Assembly (NCBI GenBank): GCA_027351205.1 | Contig: DAIEIW010000211.1 | Location: 1,205 to 65,204 of the forward strand | Length of the DNA: 64,000 bases | Direction: 5' to 3' | Source: Acidithiobacillus sp. | Lineage (GTDB): Bacteria > Pseudomonadota > Gammaproteobacteria > Acidithiobacillales > Acidithiobacillaceae | Shown here: positions 49,430 through 59,209 of the stretch, piece after piece | Layout of the letters: every line of letters begins with the position of its first letter | Numbering within the stretch: the stretch's first letter is position 1 | Program-made: the position numbers and the translations under genes | Notes under the pieces: model-generated | Databases searched by the model: none | Told to the model about the DNA's origin: nothing | The model's input: only the letters and a program-made list of their open reading frames with translations

Positions 49430-50176
49430 ATGCCATCAGCTTTGCGTCAGCAGCTTCGCGTTGTCACCTTCAGCCTGGCCGCCGTCAGCGCTGTAGCCCT
49501 GTCCGGCTGCGCCGCCACCCAAGTTGCCCTGGAGCATAAAAATCTCGACGTCCAGACCAAAATGTCCAACACGATCTTTCTCAATCCCGTTTCACCCTCT
49601 GAACAGACCGTCTACGTGCAGTTCAAGAATACCTCAGACAAAACCCTCGATGTTGCCGCACTTCAACAGGAAATCAATGCCAGCCTGACCAACCAGGGCT
49701 ACCGTATCGTTCCTTACAACCAGGCCCACTATATGCTTCAGGTCAACGTGCTGTCCGTAGGCAAGATGTCCCCGTCTGCGGCGCAGCAGTCGCTGACCAA
49801 CGGCTATGGCGGCGCGGCTTTCGGTGCCCTCGCTGGCGGCGCCATCGGCCAGAGCTGGCAGGGTGCAGGTGCGGGTGCGCTGGTCGGTGGCGCGATCGGC
49901 TTGGTGGCTGACTCGCTCGTCAAAGACGTGACCTACGCCATGATCACCGACGTCCAGTTGGCGGAGCGGAGCAAACAGGCGGTCAGTCAGCAGACCAACT
50001 CCAATCTGCAACAGGGCACCAGCACCACCACCAGCCAGCAGATCAACGGCACAGGTCACTGGCTGTATTACCGGACCCGTATCGTCTCCACCGCCAACAA
50101 GGTCAATCTGGACTTCAAGGAAGCCCTACCACCCCTGCAGGGTCAACTAGCCCACAGCCTTTCCGGCATCCTGTAG
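49430..50176 (+). CDS. traT: TraT-family (complement-resistance/surface-exclusion) outer-membrane lipoprotein
   Basis: Lipobox LSGC, NLDVQTKMSNTIFL, VYVQFKNTSD, glycine zipper, DVTYAMITDVQL, TRIVSTANKVNL. RBS GGAGG before the ATG at 49430. Confidence 0.85.
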   Translation: MPSALRQQLRVVTFSLAAVSAVALSGCAATQVALEHKNLDVQTKMSNTIFLNPVSPSEQTVYVQFKNTSDKTLDVAALQQEINASLTNQGYRIVPYNQAHYMLQVNVLSVGKMSPSAAQQSLTNGYGGAAFGALAGGAIGQSWQGAGAGALVGGAIGLVADSLVKDVTYAMITDVQLAERSKQAVSQQTNSNLQQGTSTTTSQQINGTGHWLYYRTRIVSTANKVNLDFKEALPPLQGQLAHSLSGIL

Positions 50177-50194
50177 ATTTTACGGGATAACAGC

Positions 50195-50230
50195 GTTCAA
50201 AGGCCGCCCCATCCGGGGCGGCCTTTGAAC
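50195..50230. terminator. Bidirectional terminator between convergent traT and fbp
   Basis: Perfect 16-bp inverted repeat GTTCAAAGGCCGCCCC-ATCC-GGGGCGGCCTTTGAAC. Confidence 0.85.
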
Positions 50231-50232
50231 TT

Positions 50233-51243
50233 TCAGAATGACTCATGGTGGTAAGCCACCACCCGCTCCACCTCATTTTTGGCGCCGAGGATGACGGGGA
50301 CGCGCTCGTGCAGACCCTGGGGGGCGATATCCAGGATGCGGGTCGTGCCCGTGCTGGCCGTGCCACCCGCCTGCTCCACCAGATAGGACATAGGATTGGC
50401 CTCATAGAGCAGGCGCAGCTTGCCCGGCTTCTTCGGGTCGCGCTGATCGAAGGGGTACAGGAAAATACCGCCCCGACACAGGATGCGATGCACATCCGCT
50501 ACCATGGAACCCACCCAGCGCATATTGAAATTACGTTGGCGAGGCCCGTCCGTACCCTGATTGAGTTCGTCGATGTAACGCTGTACCGGTTTCTGCCAGT
50601 GCCGGTGATTGCTCATATTGATGGCGTATTCACTGGTATCCTCCGGAATACGCATCTGGTTGTGGGTCAGGATGTATTCACCGATGGAAGGATCGAGGGT
50701 GAAGCCATTGACCCCATAGCCGGTGCTATATACCAGCATGTTGCTGGAGCCGTACAGGGCGTAGCCCGCACAGACCTGTTCGACGCCGGGCTGCAGGAAA
50801 TCGGCGAGTTCCGCATCCCGCCCCGCCACCGGCGCCTTAAGGATGCTGAAAATGGTCCCCACGCTGATGCCGACATCGGTATTGCTGGAACCGTCCAACG
50901 GATCAAAAAGCAGCAAATACTTGCCGCGCGGGATGTTGCGGGGGATGGGGTAGGGGTCATCCATCTCCTCGGAGGCCATGCCGGCCAGATGCCCCGTCCA
51001 GTCCATGGATTTGAGAATGGCTTCATTGGAGATGATATCCAGCTTTTTCTGCACTTCACCCTGGACGTTGTCGGTGCCGGCGCTGCCCAGTGCCCCCACC
51101 AGCGCGCCACGGTAGACCTGGGCGCCGATGAACTTGCAGGAAATGGTGAGATCGTTGAGTAACCCGGCGAAGTCGCCGGAGGCACCGGGGTAAAGACGGG
51201 TTTCTTCAATGATGAACTGGCTAAGGGTGGTACCGATGTGCAT
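50233..51243 (-). CDS. fbp: Class 1 fructose-1,6-bisphosphatase
   Basis: [42 protein letters not shown]. Confidence 0.97.
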   Translation of the reverse strand: MHIGTTLSQFIIEETRLYPGASGDFAGLLNDLTISCKFIGAQVYRGALVGALGSAGTDNVQGEVQKKLDIISNEAILKSMDWTGHLAGMASEEMDDPYPIPRNIPRGKYLLLFDPLDGSSNTDVGISVGTIFSILKAPVAGRDAELADFLQPGVEQVCAGYALYGSSNMLVYSTGYGVNGFTLDPSIGEYILTHNQMRIPEDTSEYAINMSNHRHWQKPVQRYIDELNQGTDGPRQRNFNMRWVGSMVADVHRILCRGGIFLYPFDQRDPKKPGKLRLLYEANPMSYLVEQAGGTASTGTTRILDIAPQGLHERVPVILGAKNEVERVVAYHHESF

Positions 51244-51273
51244 GCTGGAATCCTTTACAAAAGAGTGAAGAGG

Positions 51274-52026
51274 TCAGAGGGCACTGAGTCCCAGGCTAAA
51301 TTTTATGGTGGATTCTATCGCGCGCGCTGTTCCCTGGTCCAACCATGGCAGCCACTGGATGTGAAAACGATGGATACCCCCACTGATTTTGGGATAGTAA
51401 TCCGCACGATCCGACAACTCCAGGCAGATCAGGGAAGGCGGATGGCGCGCATCCAGAAGCGCACCATAACGCCCCTCCGGGGCTTCCACCCTGGACCACG
51501 AGTAGGAGTCCCGCAACAAGGCGAGGATCAGATCGGTGCTATTCTGCAAGATCGACAGACTCTCCCGCCAGTCCTGCAGGAGTCCCGCGATACGCTCGGG
51601 AGGCTGATATTTCCAGAAGGCCAGAACCGGCAGATCACAGTCGGCGAGACCTCCGGCCACCCCCATCCTGCCCCGTGCAAGCTGGATGATATCCTGGTGG
51701 CGCAACAGTTGCCCGAAGGGTTCGCGATACTCGCGCAGCGCTTTGAGTTGCAGGTCTATGCGAAACTGCCAGGCGCGCAAAGGACCTTCGTCCACCTCGG
51801 GACTCTGCGACCAGACGGCAAGGCTCTGGGCAAGACGCTCCAACTCCAGAATGAGATCCAGGCGCAACTCCGGGCGGATGCAAAAATCCAGCAATTCATT
51901 ATAGGAGCGCAGGGCATTTCGCAGGCAGCCAGCATCGGCCGACGCCTGCTGTAGTTGTGCAAAGACACTTTCCAGACGCAGCAGCAGGCGCGCGCGTTCA
52001 TGGAGCGGGTGTTCGTAAACGGCCAT
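51274..52026 (-). CDS. zapD: Z-ring associated protein ZapD
   Basis: YEHPLHERARLLLRLE, CDLP, YPKISG..RF.I; follows coaE. Confidence 0.88.
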   Translation of the reverse strand: MAVYEHPLHERARLLLRLESVFAQLQQASADAGCLRNALRSYNELLDFCIRPELRLDLILELERLAQSLAVWSQSPEVDEGPLRAWQFRIDLQLKALREYREPFGQLLRHQDIIQLARGRMGVAGGLADCDLPVLAFWKYQPPERIAGLLQDWRESLSILQNSTDLILALLRDSYSWSRVEAPEGRYGALLDARHPPSLICLELSDRADYYPKISGGIHRFHIQWLPWLDQGTARAIESTIKFSLGLSAL

Positions 52027-52144
52027 GCCGTAACCTCATTCAGGAGCCGCTGCCGCCGCACGCGACCGCAGGCCCCAACGCCAGGCAACGGCAGCGTGCA
52101 CCATTTTCGGGCAACGCCCTGCCAGGGTGCCACAGGCGCTTTCC

Positions 52145-52759
52145 CTAAGCAAATCTTCCGGTTCCACGCAAATGACGAAGATAGAGACCCACCTGGGTTT
52201 GCAACTCGGTCAGGGTGCCCTCATTGGTAATGATCCAGTCGGCAGCCGCATTACGTTCGGCACGATCACACTGCGCCGCCAGCACTGCGGTCACCTGCTC
52301 CTTTGTCCAGCCAGGGCGGGCACGCAGGCGCTCTACTTGTACGGAGCGGGGACAATCGACCACCAGCACCTGATCCAGCAATGGGCGATAGTCATTTTCG
52401 ACCAGCAGCGGCACCACCCAGACCAGCGGCGTTTGCGGATGCTGTTCGGCCAACGCGGCGCTGGCCGTTATGAAGGTAGCCCGAATAAGGGGATGGAGAA
52501 GGGCTTCCAGCCAGGTTTTTGCCGCCGGGTCCGCGAAAATGCGGGCGCGCAACGCCGCACGATCCAGCCCGCCTCCCGGGGCGGAAAAGGCCGGGCCAAA
52601 ATGGGCGATGATGGCCTGCAGGGCAGGGCTGCCCGGAGCCACCAGTTCGCGCGCAATGACATCGGCATCCAGCACCTGGGCGCCGGCCGCTTTGAGCATC
52701 TCAGCGACAGTGCTTTTGCCGCAAGCTACTCCCCCCGTCAGACCGATCCGCAACGCCAT
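52145..52759 (-). CDS. coaE: Dephospho-CoA kinase
   Basis: IGLTGGVACGKST, DADVIAR, LDRAALR, LLHPLI, VPLL. Start MALRIG at 52759. Confidence 0.96.
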   Translation of the reverse strand: MALRIGLTGGVACGKSTVAEMLKAAGAQVLDADVIARELVAPGSPALQAIIAHFGPAFSAPGGGLDRAALRARIFADPAAKTWLEALLHPLIRATFITASAALAEQHPQTPLVWVVPLLVENDYRPLLDQVLVVDCPRSVQVERLRARPGWTKEQVTAVLAAQCDRAERNAAADWIITNEGTLTELQTQVGLYLRHLRGTGRFA

Positions 52760-53559
52760 TAGGAACCCAGCAGGTGCAGGTAACCGGAAAGGATGGCTTG
52801 TGGCCACAGCAGCATGAGCCAGCCTCCCAGCGCCAGATAAGGACCGAAGGGCATGGCATAGTCCCGTCCCTTGCCACGCAGCAGAAAACCCAGAGCAACC
52901 AGTCCGCCGCCCAGGGCGGCGATAAACAGGGTCAGGAATACGGCCTGCCAGCCTAGCCACGCACCGATCATGCCGAGCAATTTGAGATCCCCTCCCCCCA
53001 TGCCGTGCCGCCCTGCGATCCTATAGTACACGGTAGACAGCAACCACAGGCTACCGTAGCCGATGATTATACCGAGCAAGGCGTCCAGGGGCGCTACCAG
53101 CGCCAGCCCCGGCCAGAAAAGTGCCGACCCGTTGAGCAGCAGCCCGGCCAGTATGCCCGGCTTGGTAAGACGATCGGGCAGGAGCTGCGTCTCCAGATCG
53201 ATCATGGTCAGCGCCAGCAGTGCCCAGGTGAATACCAGGGCGGGAAGCAGACGCCAAGTCAGGCCCAATTGCCAGACCACCACCAGACTGAGCAGTCCGC
53301 TCAGCAACTCCAGCGCCGGATAACGCCAGGCAATGGACCTGCCGCAAGCATGGCAACGGCCACGCAGCGCCATCCAGCTCAGGACCGGGATATTTTCCCA
53401 GGGATGCAACACATGGCCACAGTGTGGGCAGTGGGACGCAGGATGAATGATGGATTCGCGGCGGGGCACCCGGTGTACCACCACGTTCAAAAAACTGCCC
53501 ACGAGCAGGCCGAGCAGCGTGGTCAGGATATAGGCCGCACCCAGGGTGGTCTGCGTCAT
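52759..53559 (-). CDS. pilD: Type IV prepilin peptidase/N-methyltransferase
   Basis: GSFLNVV.HR, SHCPHC..GRCHAC, IDLETQLLPD, GMGGGDLK, PFGPYL. Confidence 0.96.
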   Translation of the reverse strand: MTQTTLGAAYILTTLLGLLVGSFLNVVVHRVPRRESIIHPASHCPHCGHVLHPWENIPVLSWMALRGRCHACGRSIAWRYPALELLSGLLSLVVVWQLGLTWRLLPALVFTWALLALTMIDLETQLLPDRLTKPGILAGLLLNGSALFWPGLALVAPLDALLGIIIGYGSLWLLSTVYYRIAGRHGMGGGDLKLLGMIGAWLGWQAVFLTLFIAALGGGLVALGFLLRGKGRDYAMPFGPYLALGGWLMLLWPQAILSGYLHLLGS

Positions 53560-54914
53560 GCGCCCCCCTCCGGGAACAATCGGTGCAGCCGCAGATCCAG
53601 CGACTGCAGACTGATCCCCAGCAGAACGGCGGCATGGCGCCGATCCCCTTCGGCCTGATCGAGCACCTGCCGCAGCAATGCGGCCTCCGCCGCGTCAAAA
53701 GCGGCCGGCACGGCGATTACCGGTGCCAACGCCGGCCTGTTGCTTTTTGACACCGCGCCGCCGGAGGAGGACACCCCGTCGTCGAGCAGCATCCCTTCCT
53801 GCTTGAGGGCGAGGCTCCGCTCCAAAAAATTTTCCAGCTCGCGAACGTTGCCGGGGAAGGCGTAACTACCCAGCCGCTCCAAAGTGCCTGGGGAGAGCAG
53901 TGCCGGAATATCCTGCGGTGCCACACCGATACGTTGCAGAATCACTTCTGCCAGTTGAGGGATGTCTTCCGGATGTTCCCGCAAGGCCGGCATATGGAGT
54001 CTCACGACATCCAGACGATAGCGGAGATCCTGACGAAACTTTCCGGCCGCAACCATTTCCTGCAGGTCACGGTGGGTGGCGGAAATGAAGCGCAGGTCCA
54101 GGGAGATTTCCCGCGCCGCACCCAGGGGGCGAATGGCCCGCTCCTGAATGGCCCGCAGAAGCTTGACCTGCATCATCATCGGCAGATCGCCGATCTCATC
54201 CAGAAAAATAGTGCCCCCATTGGCCGCCGCAAAGAGTCCTTCGCGACGCTGTACGGCACCAGAATAAGCCCCCTTTTCGGCACCGAAGAGCTCACTCTCT
54301 ACCAACCCCTCGGGAATGGCGCCGCAGTTGACGGCCACGAAGGGCTTGTCGTGACGAGGTCCCGAGGCATGAATGGCGCGTGCGGCCAGCTCCTTGCCCG
54401 TACCGGACTCACCGGTGATGTGTACCGGCGCGTTACTCCGCGCTATGCGGCGGATATCGTCGCGCAACCGCTGCATGACCGGAGCATCGCCGACCAGTCG
54501 TCGCGTGCCGTCCAGTCCCGCCGGGGACAGGCGGCTGAGATCAACGGCCTGGGATATCAATCGCCGCAGACGCGCCAGTTCGATGGGCTTGGCCATGTAA
54601 TCGAAGGCCCCCGCCTGCATCGCTTCGACGGCACCATCGGCGGAAGAATAGGCCGTAATCACGGCGACCGGCACTTGTGGATATAACTCGCGCAAACGGC
54701 GGACCAGATCAAGACCAGAACCGTCGGGCAAACGCAGATCGCTCAGACATAAAGAAGGGGCGCCTTCGGCGAGGCGGGCGCGGGCTTCTGCAAGGGAATA
54801 TGCGCCAGTGACAGCGATCCCCATTCCCTGCAGCGTAATGCCCAGCAGTTCAACGATGCCCGGCTCGTCGTCCACGATCAGAGCGGGCGGCAATACCGAA
54901 TAGTCCGCCATCAC
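53556..54914 (-). CDS. pilR: PilR-like response regulator (receiver, AAA+, HTH)
   Basis: VDDE, DLRLPD, GESGTGKE, VNCGAI, FLDEIG, FRQDLRYRL, FPGNVREL; adjacent to pilS and pilD. Confidence 0.85.
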   Translation of the reverse strand: MMADYSVLPPALIVDDEPGIVELLGITLQGMGIAVTGAYSLAEARARLAEGAPSLCLSDLRLPDGSGLDLVRRLRELYPQVPVAVITAYSSADGAVEAMQAGAFDYMAKPIELARLRRLISQAVDLSRLSPAGLDGTRRLVGDAPVMQRLRDDIRRIARSNAPVHITGESGTGKELAARAIHASGPRHDKPFVAVNCGAIPEGLVESELFGAEKGAYSGAVQRREGLFAAANGGTIFLDEIGDLPMMMQVKLLRAIQERAIRPLGAAREISLDLRFISATHRDLQEMVAAGKFRQDLRYRLDVVRLHMPALREHPEDIPQLAEVILQRIGVAPQDIPALLSPGTLERLGSYAFPGNVRELENFLERSLALKQEGMLLDDGVSSSGGAVSKSNRPALAPVIAVPAAFDAAEAALLRQVLDQAEGDRRHAAVLLGISLQSLDLRLHRLFPEGGA

Positions 54915-56521
54915 GCCTCTCCTTCCACCCCTCTGCGGGGGAGAAAAATCCGGAACAGTACGCCGCCCTGCGGGTGATTTTCACAGGCTATGCGCCCGTC
55001 ATTGATGCGCAGCAGTTCCCGCACCATGGATAAACCCAGCCCGGTACCTCGGGGGTTGGTGGTAAAAAACGGCTCAAAAATGCGTTCCATCACTTCCGCC
55101 TTTACGCCCGGTCCAAAATCCCGCAGCGTCACCATGATGCTCCCTTCGTCCTCGGGGACGGCATCGATTTCGACACGCATCGTAGCATCTTCCGCCACGC
55201 CGTACTGCGCGCTGTTATGCAGCAGATTCCAGAACACCTGCCGCAACTGCGCGGGATCGGCATAAACCGTAAGCTGCGGCGAGATTTCGCCGATGACAAT
55301 GGTCATGGGTGCCAACAACGGATCCGCCTGCAACTGGGCGGTGAGCACCGGCAACCAGTTCCTCAAGGGGATGGGTTCGGAATGCGCCGGACTTGGACGG
55401 GCCATCTCCAGCACCGACTCGACGATGGCATTGATGCGTACCGTCTCCCGTTCCAGGATATCAAAAAGATGCTGCGAACCGGGGTCGTCCATGCGCTCAG
55501 CGAGAAGGTTGCCGGCGTGGCGGATCACGCTGAGAGGATTACGGATTTCATGGGCGATGTTGGCCGCCAGACGACCGAGCGCCGCCAGTTGCGCCTCTCG
55601 TTCCCGGGCACGCAGTGCGGATGCATCACGGAGGAGGAGCAGCCGGTAGGAGCTATCGGGCAGGGCGATTCTGCGCACCAGCAGGGTCAGGGCGCTGTCC
55701 TGCAGAGTTGGGTCACGCCCGTTTGCCGTGATCACCATCTCGCTGTCGTTGGCCGCGGCCTGTCGCAGCATCATGGCCAGACGCGGCTGCACTACGCCGA
55801 TGGCGACAGGCCTGGAGGTCCATTTCCGGTAACCCGAAAGCGTCCGTGCCACGGGGTTGCTGAGCACCACGCGACTTTGCCGGTCCAGCACAAAAACGCC
55901 CACATCCATATGCTGCACGATTTCCTGGTTCAACGCATTCAGATTGACGACCTCTGCATCCCTTTGCAGCGCCAGACGGTTGCCACGTTCCAGACTCGCC
56001 ACCAGACTATCGGCCAGTACCGCCACCGCCACCAGTGCGAGGAGATAAATGAAAAGCTGACCGAGGGGCGGGTGCACGGCGGTCATCCCGCCAAATAGCG
56101 ACTCGCCTACCAGCAGCGCCAGCAATATCCATACGAAAACAAAAGCGCTTTTGCCGCGCAGGAGGCTTGCCGTGGACACCAGCAGCAGAAAGGGCAGGAT
56201 ACTGAAGGGACCACTGACACCGCCACCGAAATGCAGGAGCAGCAGCACCAGCAGGGTATCCGTCGATACCTGAATCCAGGCGTGGCGGCGCGGTTGCGTC
56301 GGCCATCGCAATAACAGTCCCAGTAGGTAGACGAGACTGACCAAGGCCGCCACCAAGGTCAGGATGTGCAGCAGTTCGGTATGCCCTCCCAGATCGATGA
56401 TGGTTTCACTGGCCGGTAAGCGCACCAGGATGGCGATGGCGGCCGCGATCAGCAGCCGGTAGGCGGAAATGCCCCAAAGTCGCCGCCAGTCACCCATCAT
56501 CTCTGCCATGTCATGTACCAA
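54911..56521 (-). CDS. pilS: PilS-like membrane histidine kinase
   Basis: Multi-TM N-terminus, AHEIRNPL, QVFWNLLHNS, DFGPG, FEPFFTT, GTGLGL. Confidence 0.88.
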   Translation of the reverse strand: MVHDMAEMMGDWRRLWGISAYRLLIAAAIAILVRLPASETIIDLGGHTELLHILTLVAALVSLVYLLGLLLRWPTQPRRHAWIQVSTDTLLVLLLLHFGGGVSGPFSILPFLLLVSTASLLRGKSAFVFVWILLALLVGESLFGGMTAVHPPLGQLFIYLLALVAVAVLADSLVASLERGNRLALQRDAEVVNLNALNQEIVQHMDVGVFVLDRQSRVVLSNPVARTLSGYRKWTSRPVAIGVVQPRLAMMLRQAAANDSEMVITANGRDPTLQDSALTLLVRRIALPDSSYRLLLLRDASALRAREREAQLAALGRLAANIAHEIRNPLSVIRHAGNLLAERMDDPGSQHLFDILERETVRINAIVESVLEMARPSPAHSEPIPLRNWLPVLTAQLQADPLLAPMTIVIGEISPQLTVYADPAQLRQVFWNLLHNSAQYGVAEDATMRVEIDAVPEDEGSIMVTLRDFGPGVKAEVMERIFEPFFTTNPRGTGLGLSMVRELLRINDGRIACENHPQGGVLFRIFLPRRGVEGEA

Positions 56522-56633
56522 CCTGCCGCGCCGTCCTGCAGGACCTTACCCGTGCCATAGCGTGTCCTCCGGCCCCCCGCCGTCCCGTTGGTGACTCCTG
56601 GCACCGCACATCCGCAGACACCGCGCGACAGCA

Positions 56634-58343
56634 TCAAAGATTGGTCACCCGCAGCACCTCCTCCAGACTGGTCACGCCCTCCCGGATCCGCCTCAGCCCA
56701 TTCTGCCGCATGGTCAGCACTCCCTCCTGTGACGCCTGCCGCGCCAAGTCGATGGAAGTGCCGCCACGCATGATGATTTCGCGCATGGCGTCGCTCACCG
56801 GCATCACCTGATAAAGTCCTATCCGGCCTTTATATCCGGCTTTATTGCACTGTTCGCAGCCCACAGCGCTCAGAGGACGCCAGCCCTGCAGATCCTCGGG
56901 CGCAAATCCCGCCTCGATCAGGGCCTGTTCGGGAATGCGCAGGGGCTTTTTGCAGTGCGGACAAAGCTTGCGGACGAGTCGCTGCGCCATCACCAGATGT
57001 ACGCTGCCGGCGATGTTATAGGTGGGAATACCCATGTTCTCGAGGCGGGTAAGACTCTGTGGCGCATCATTGGTGTGCAGGGTGGCCAATACCAGATGGC
57101 CCGTCTGGGCTGCCTTGATGGCGGTTTCGGCGGTTTCCAGATCGCGCACCTCGCCGACCATGATGATATCCGGGTCCTGGCGCAGGAAGGAACGCAGGGC
57201 TGCGGCAAAGGTGAGACCGATGCGCTCGTTGATGTTCACCTGATTGATCCCGTACACCGGGATTTCCACGGGGTCCTCTGCGGTACTGATGTTGCAGTCA
57301 CCGGTGTTGAGGATGTTTAGGGCGGTATAGAGGGTCGTGGTCTTGCCGGAACCCGTGGGCCCGGTGACCAGAATCATGCCGTAGGGCCGATGGATGGCGT
57401 CCTCAAAGGCTTTGCGCTGCTCTGGTAAAAAGCCCAGTTGCTCGATGGGCACCCTGGAACTGGCGGGATCCAGTAGGCGCAGTACGACCGTTTCGCCGAA
57501 ACTGGTGGGCAGAAAGGAGACACGGAAATCGATGACCCGGGCCGGGGGCACGCGGACGCGCAGTCGACCGTCCTGAGGCAGACGTCGCTCGGAAATGTCC
57601 AGGCGGCAGAGAATCTTCAGGCGCGAGGTGACCCCGTCCCGCAACGCCATGGGCGGATGCAGCGCGTCCTGCAATACGCCATCGAGGCGGTAACGCACCC
57701 GAAAATCCTTTTCATAGGGTTCCAGATGAATATCGGACACCCCGCGCTGAATGGCATCCAGCAGCAGTTGTCGGACAAAGCGCACCACCGGCGCATCCTC
57801 GACACTGCTGTCGTTCTCCTGGGCGAGGTCGAATTCTTCCGGACCTTCCTCATCGTGCGGCTTATCCACGAATACGTCGTCGATCCCGCCCTGCAAGCTG
57901 TTGACCGCAGCATGTACCGCCTTGACCAGTTTGTTGGCCTCGACCAGCACCGGCATCACCTGCAAACCGGTGTTGAATTTCACATCCTCCACCGCCTTGA
58001 AGTCCGTGGGATCGGCCATGGCGAGGTAGAGGGTATCCCCATGCTTCGACAAGGGCAGCACCAGATAGCGGGTCATCAGCCCTTTGTCGAGCTTGCGGAT
58101 GAGCAACACATCGATCATCGCTGCGTCGAGATCAAGCATAGGCATGTTATAGCGCGCGGAAAGGTGCGCCATGAGCACCGTGGCCGGGACGGCGCCCTTC
58201 TCCACCACATAAAACAGCAGCGGCGTCTTGCCGCGGGCCGGGTCGGCGGCGAGACTTTGCAAACGCGCCTCGTCACTTAAACCGTTACTGACGAGTGCCC
58301 GCAATACGGGCGTTAACGAGATGTGTTCCGGGTTTGTAGCCAT
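56634..58343 (-). CDS. pilB: Type IV-A pilus assembly ATPase
   Basis: SDIHLEP, ERRLPQDGR, GPTGSGKTTT, LRQDPD, TLHTN, CPHC..CEQC. Start placed at MATNP (58343). Confidence 0.96.
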   Translation of the reverse strand: MATNPEHISLTPVLRALVSNGLSDEARLQSLAADPARGKTPLLFYVVEKGAVPATVLMAHLSARYNMPMLDLDAAMIDVLLIRKLDKGLMTRYLVLPLSKHGDTLYLAMADPTDFKAVEDVKFNTGLQVMPVLVEANKLVKAVHAAVNSLQGGIDDVFVDKPHDEEGPEEFDLAQENDSSVEDAPVVRFVRQLLLDAIQRGVSDIHLEPYEKDFRVRYRLDGVLQDALHPPMALRDGVTSRLKILCRLDISERRLPQDGRLRVRVPPARVIDFRVSFLPTSFGETVVLRLLDPASSRVPIEQLGFLPEQRKAFEDAIHRPYGMILVTGPTGSGKTTTLYTALNILNTGDCNISTAEDPVEIPVYGINQVNINERIGLTFAAALRSFLRQDPDIIMVGEVRDLETAETAIKAAQTGHLVLATLHTNDAPQSLTRLENMGIPTYNIAGSVHLVMAQRLVRKLCPHCKKPLRIPEQALIEAGFAPEDLQGWRPLSAVGCEQCNKAGYKGRIGLYQVMPVSDAMREIIMRGGTSIDLARQASQEGVLTMRQNGLRRIREGVTSLEEVLRVTNL

Positions 58344-59209
58344 CGACGCAATATCCCCTCCACGGCGGTCGTCTGCGGCAATGTTCCGGTCCATATCCGA
58401 AAACTCTCCGCGCCCTGCTCTACCAGCATACCCAGCCCATCCACCGCACCCAGCCCGGCTTGCCGGGCGGCTTGCAGCAGAGGCGTTTCCAACGGGTTAT
58501 AGACGATATCGTACACACTGCCATTCCGGGGCATGCGGACCAGATCCAGCTCCGGGTGGTCCTCGCCGTGCAGGCCCCGCGTGCTGGTATTGACGAGCAA
58601 CATGCTGCAGGGCAACACAGCAGACAATGCCGTCCGGTCCAGCGGGATGGGATGCACCGGGAGACCGGGAAACTGCGCCGCCAGAACTTCGGCACGCGGC
58701 AGGTGGCGATTCGCCAGATAAATCGCCGGGCATCCGGCATGGCCGAGGGCGTAGACGATGGCCCGGGCAGCCCCCCCGGCGCCGATTACAGTCGCCGGAC
58801 ACTGCCGCCAGCCGTCCCCCGCCGCACGTTCCAGCGCCCGCAGAAATCCCGGTGCATCGGTGTTGTGCCCTTCCATGCCCGAGGGCGTGAAACAGACGGT
58901 GTTCACCGCACCGATGGCACGCGCCTCCGCGCTGAGCCACTGCATCAGAGGCAACACGGCCTCCTTATGGGGGACCGTGACGTTCACGCCCCGGACCCCG
59001 AGCGCCGGCAAACCGGCCAGCGCCACGGCGATATCCTCTTCGCGCACCGGAAAAGGCACATACACCAGATCCAGTTCCTGCTGCGCCGCGAAGAGACGAT
59101 GCAGCCACGGCGAGAGGCTGTGGTTGACAGGAAACCCCAGGATGCCATAGACGGAAGTGCCCCCGCCGGGGTGCCAGCAATGCCGGAGGTCAGACTGAGC
59201 GGAGGGCAC
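58313..59209 (-). CDS. aroE: Shikimate dehydrogenase
   Basis: HSLSP, NVTVPHK, GAVNT, NTDAPG, GAGGAARA, DIVYNP, GLGMLVEQG. Start codon uncertain. Confidence 0.94.
   Translation of the reverse strand: MPSAQSDLRHCWHPGGGTSVYGILGFPVNHSLSPWLHRLFAAQQELDLVYVPFPVREEDIAVALAGLPALGVRGVNVTVPHKEAVLPLMQWLSAEARAIGAVNTVCFTPSGMEGHNTDAPGFLRALERAAGDGWRQCPATVIGAGGAARAIVYALGHAGCPAIYLANRHLPRAEVLAAQFPGLPVHPIPLDRTALSAVLPCSMLLVNTSTRGLHGEDHPELDLVRMPRNGSVYDIVYNPLETPLLQAARQAGLGAVDGLGMLVEQGAESFRIWTGTLPQTTAVEGILRRWLQTRNTSR

Noticed and set aside
56601-56620. TGGCAC...GC as a sigma54 promoter near pilS/pilB (and a similar site at about 52105-52125)
   Set aside because: GG-to-GC spacing is off by 1-2 nt; sigma54 spacing is strict.
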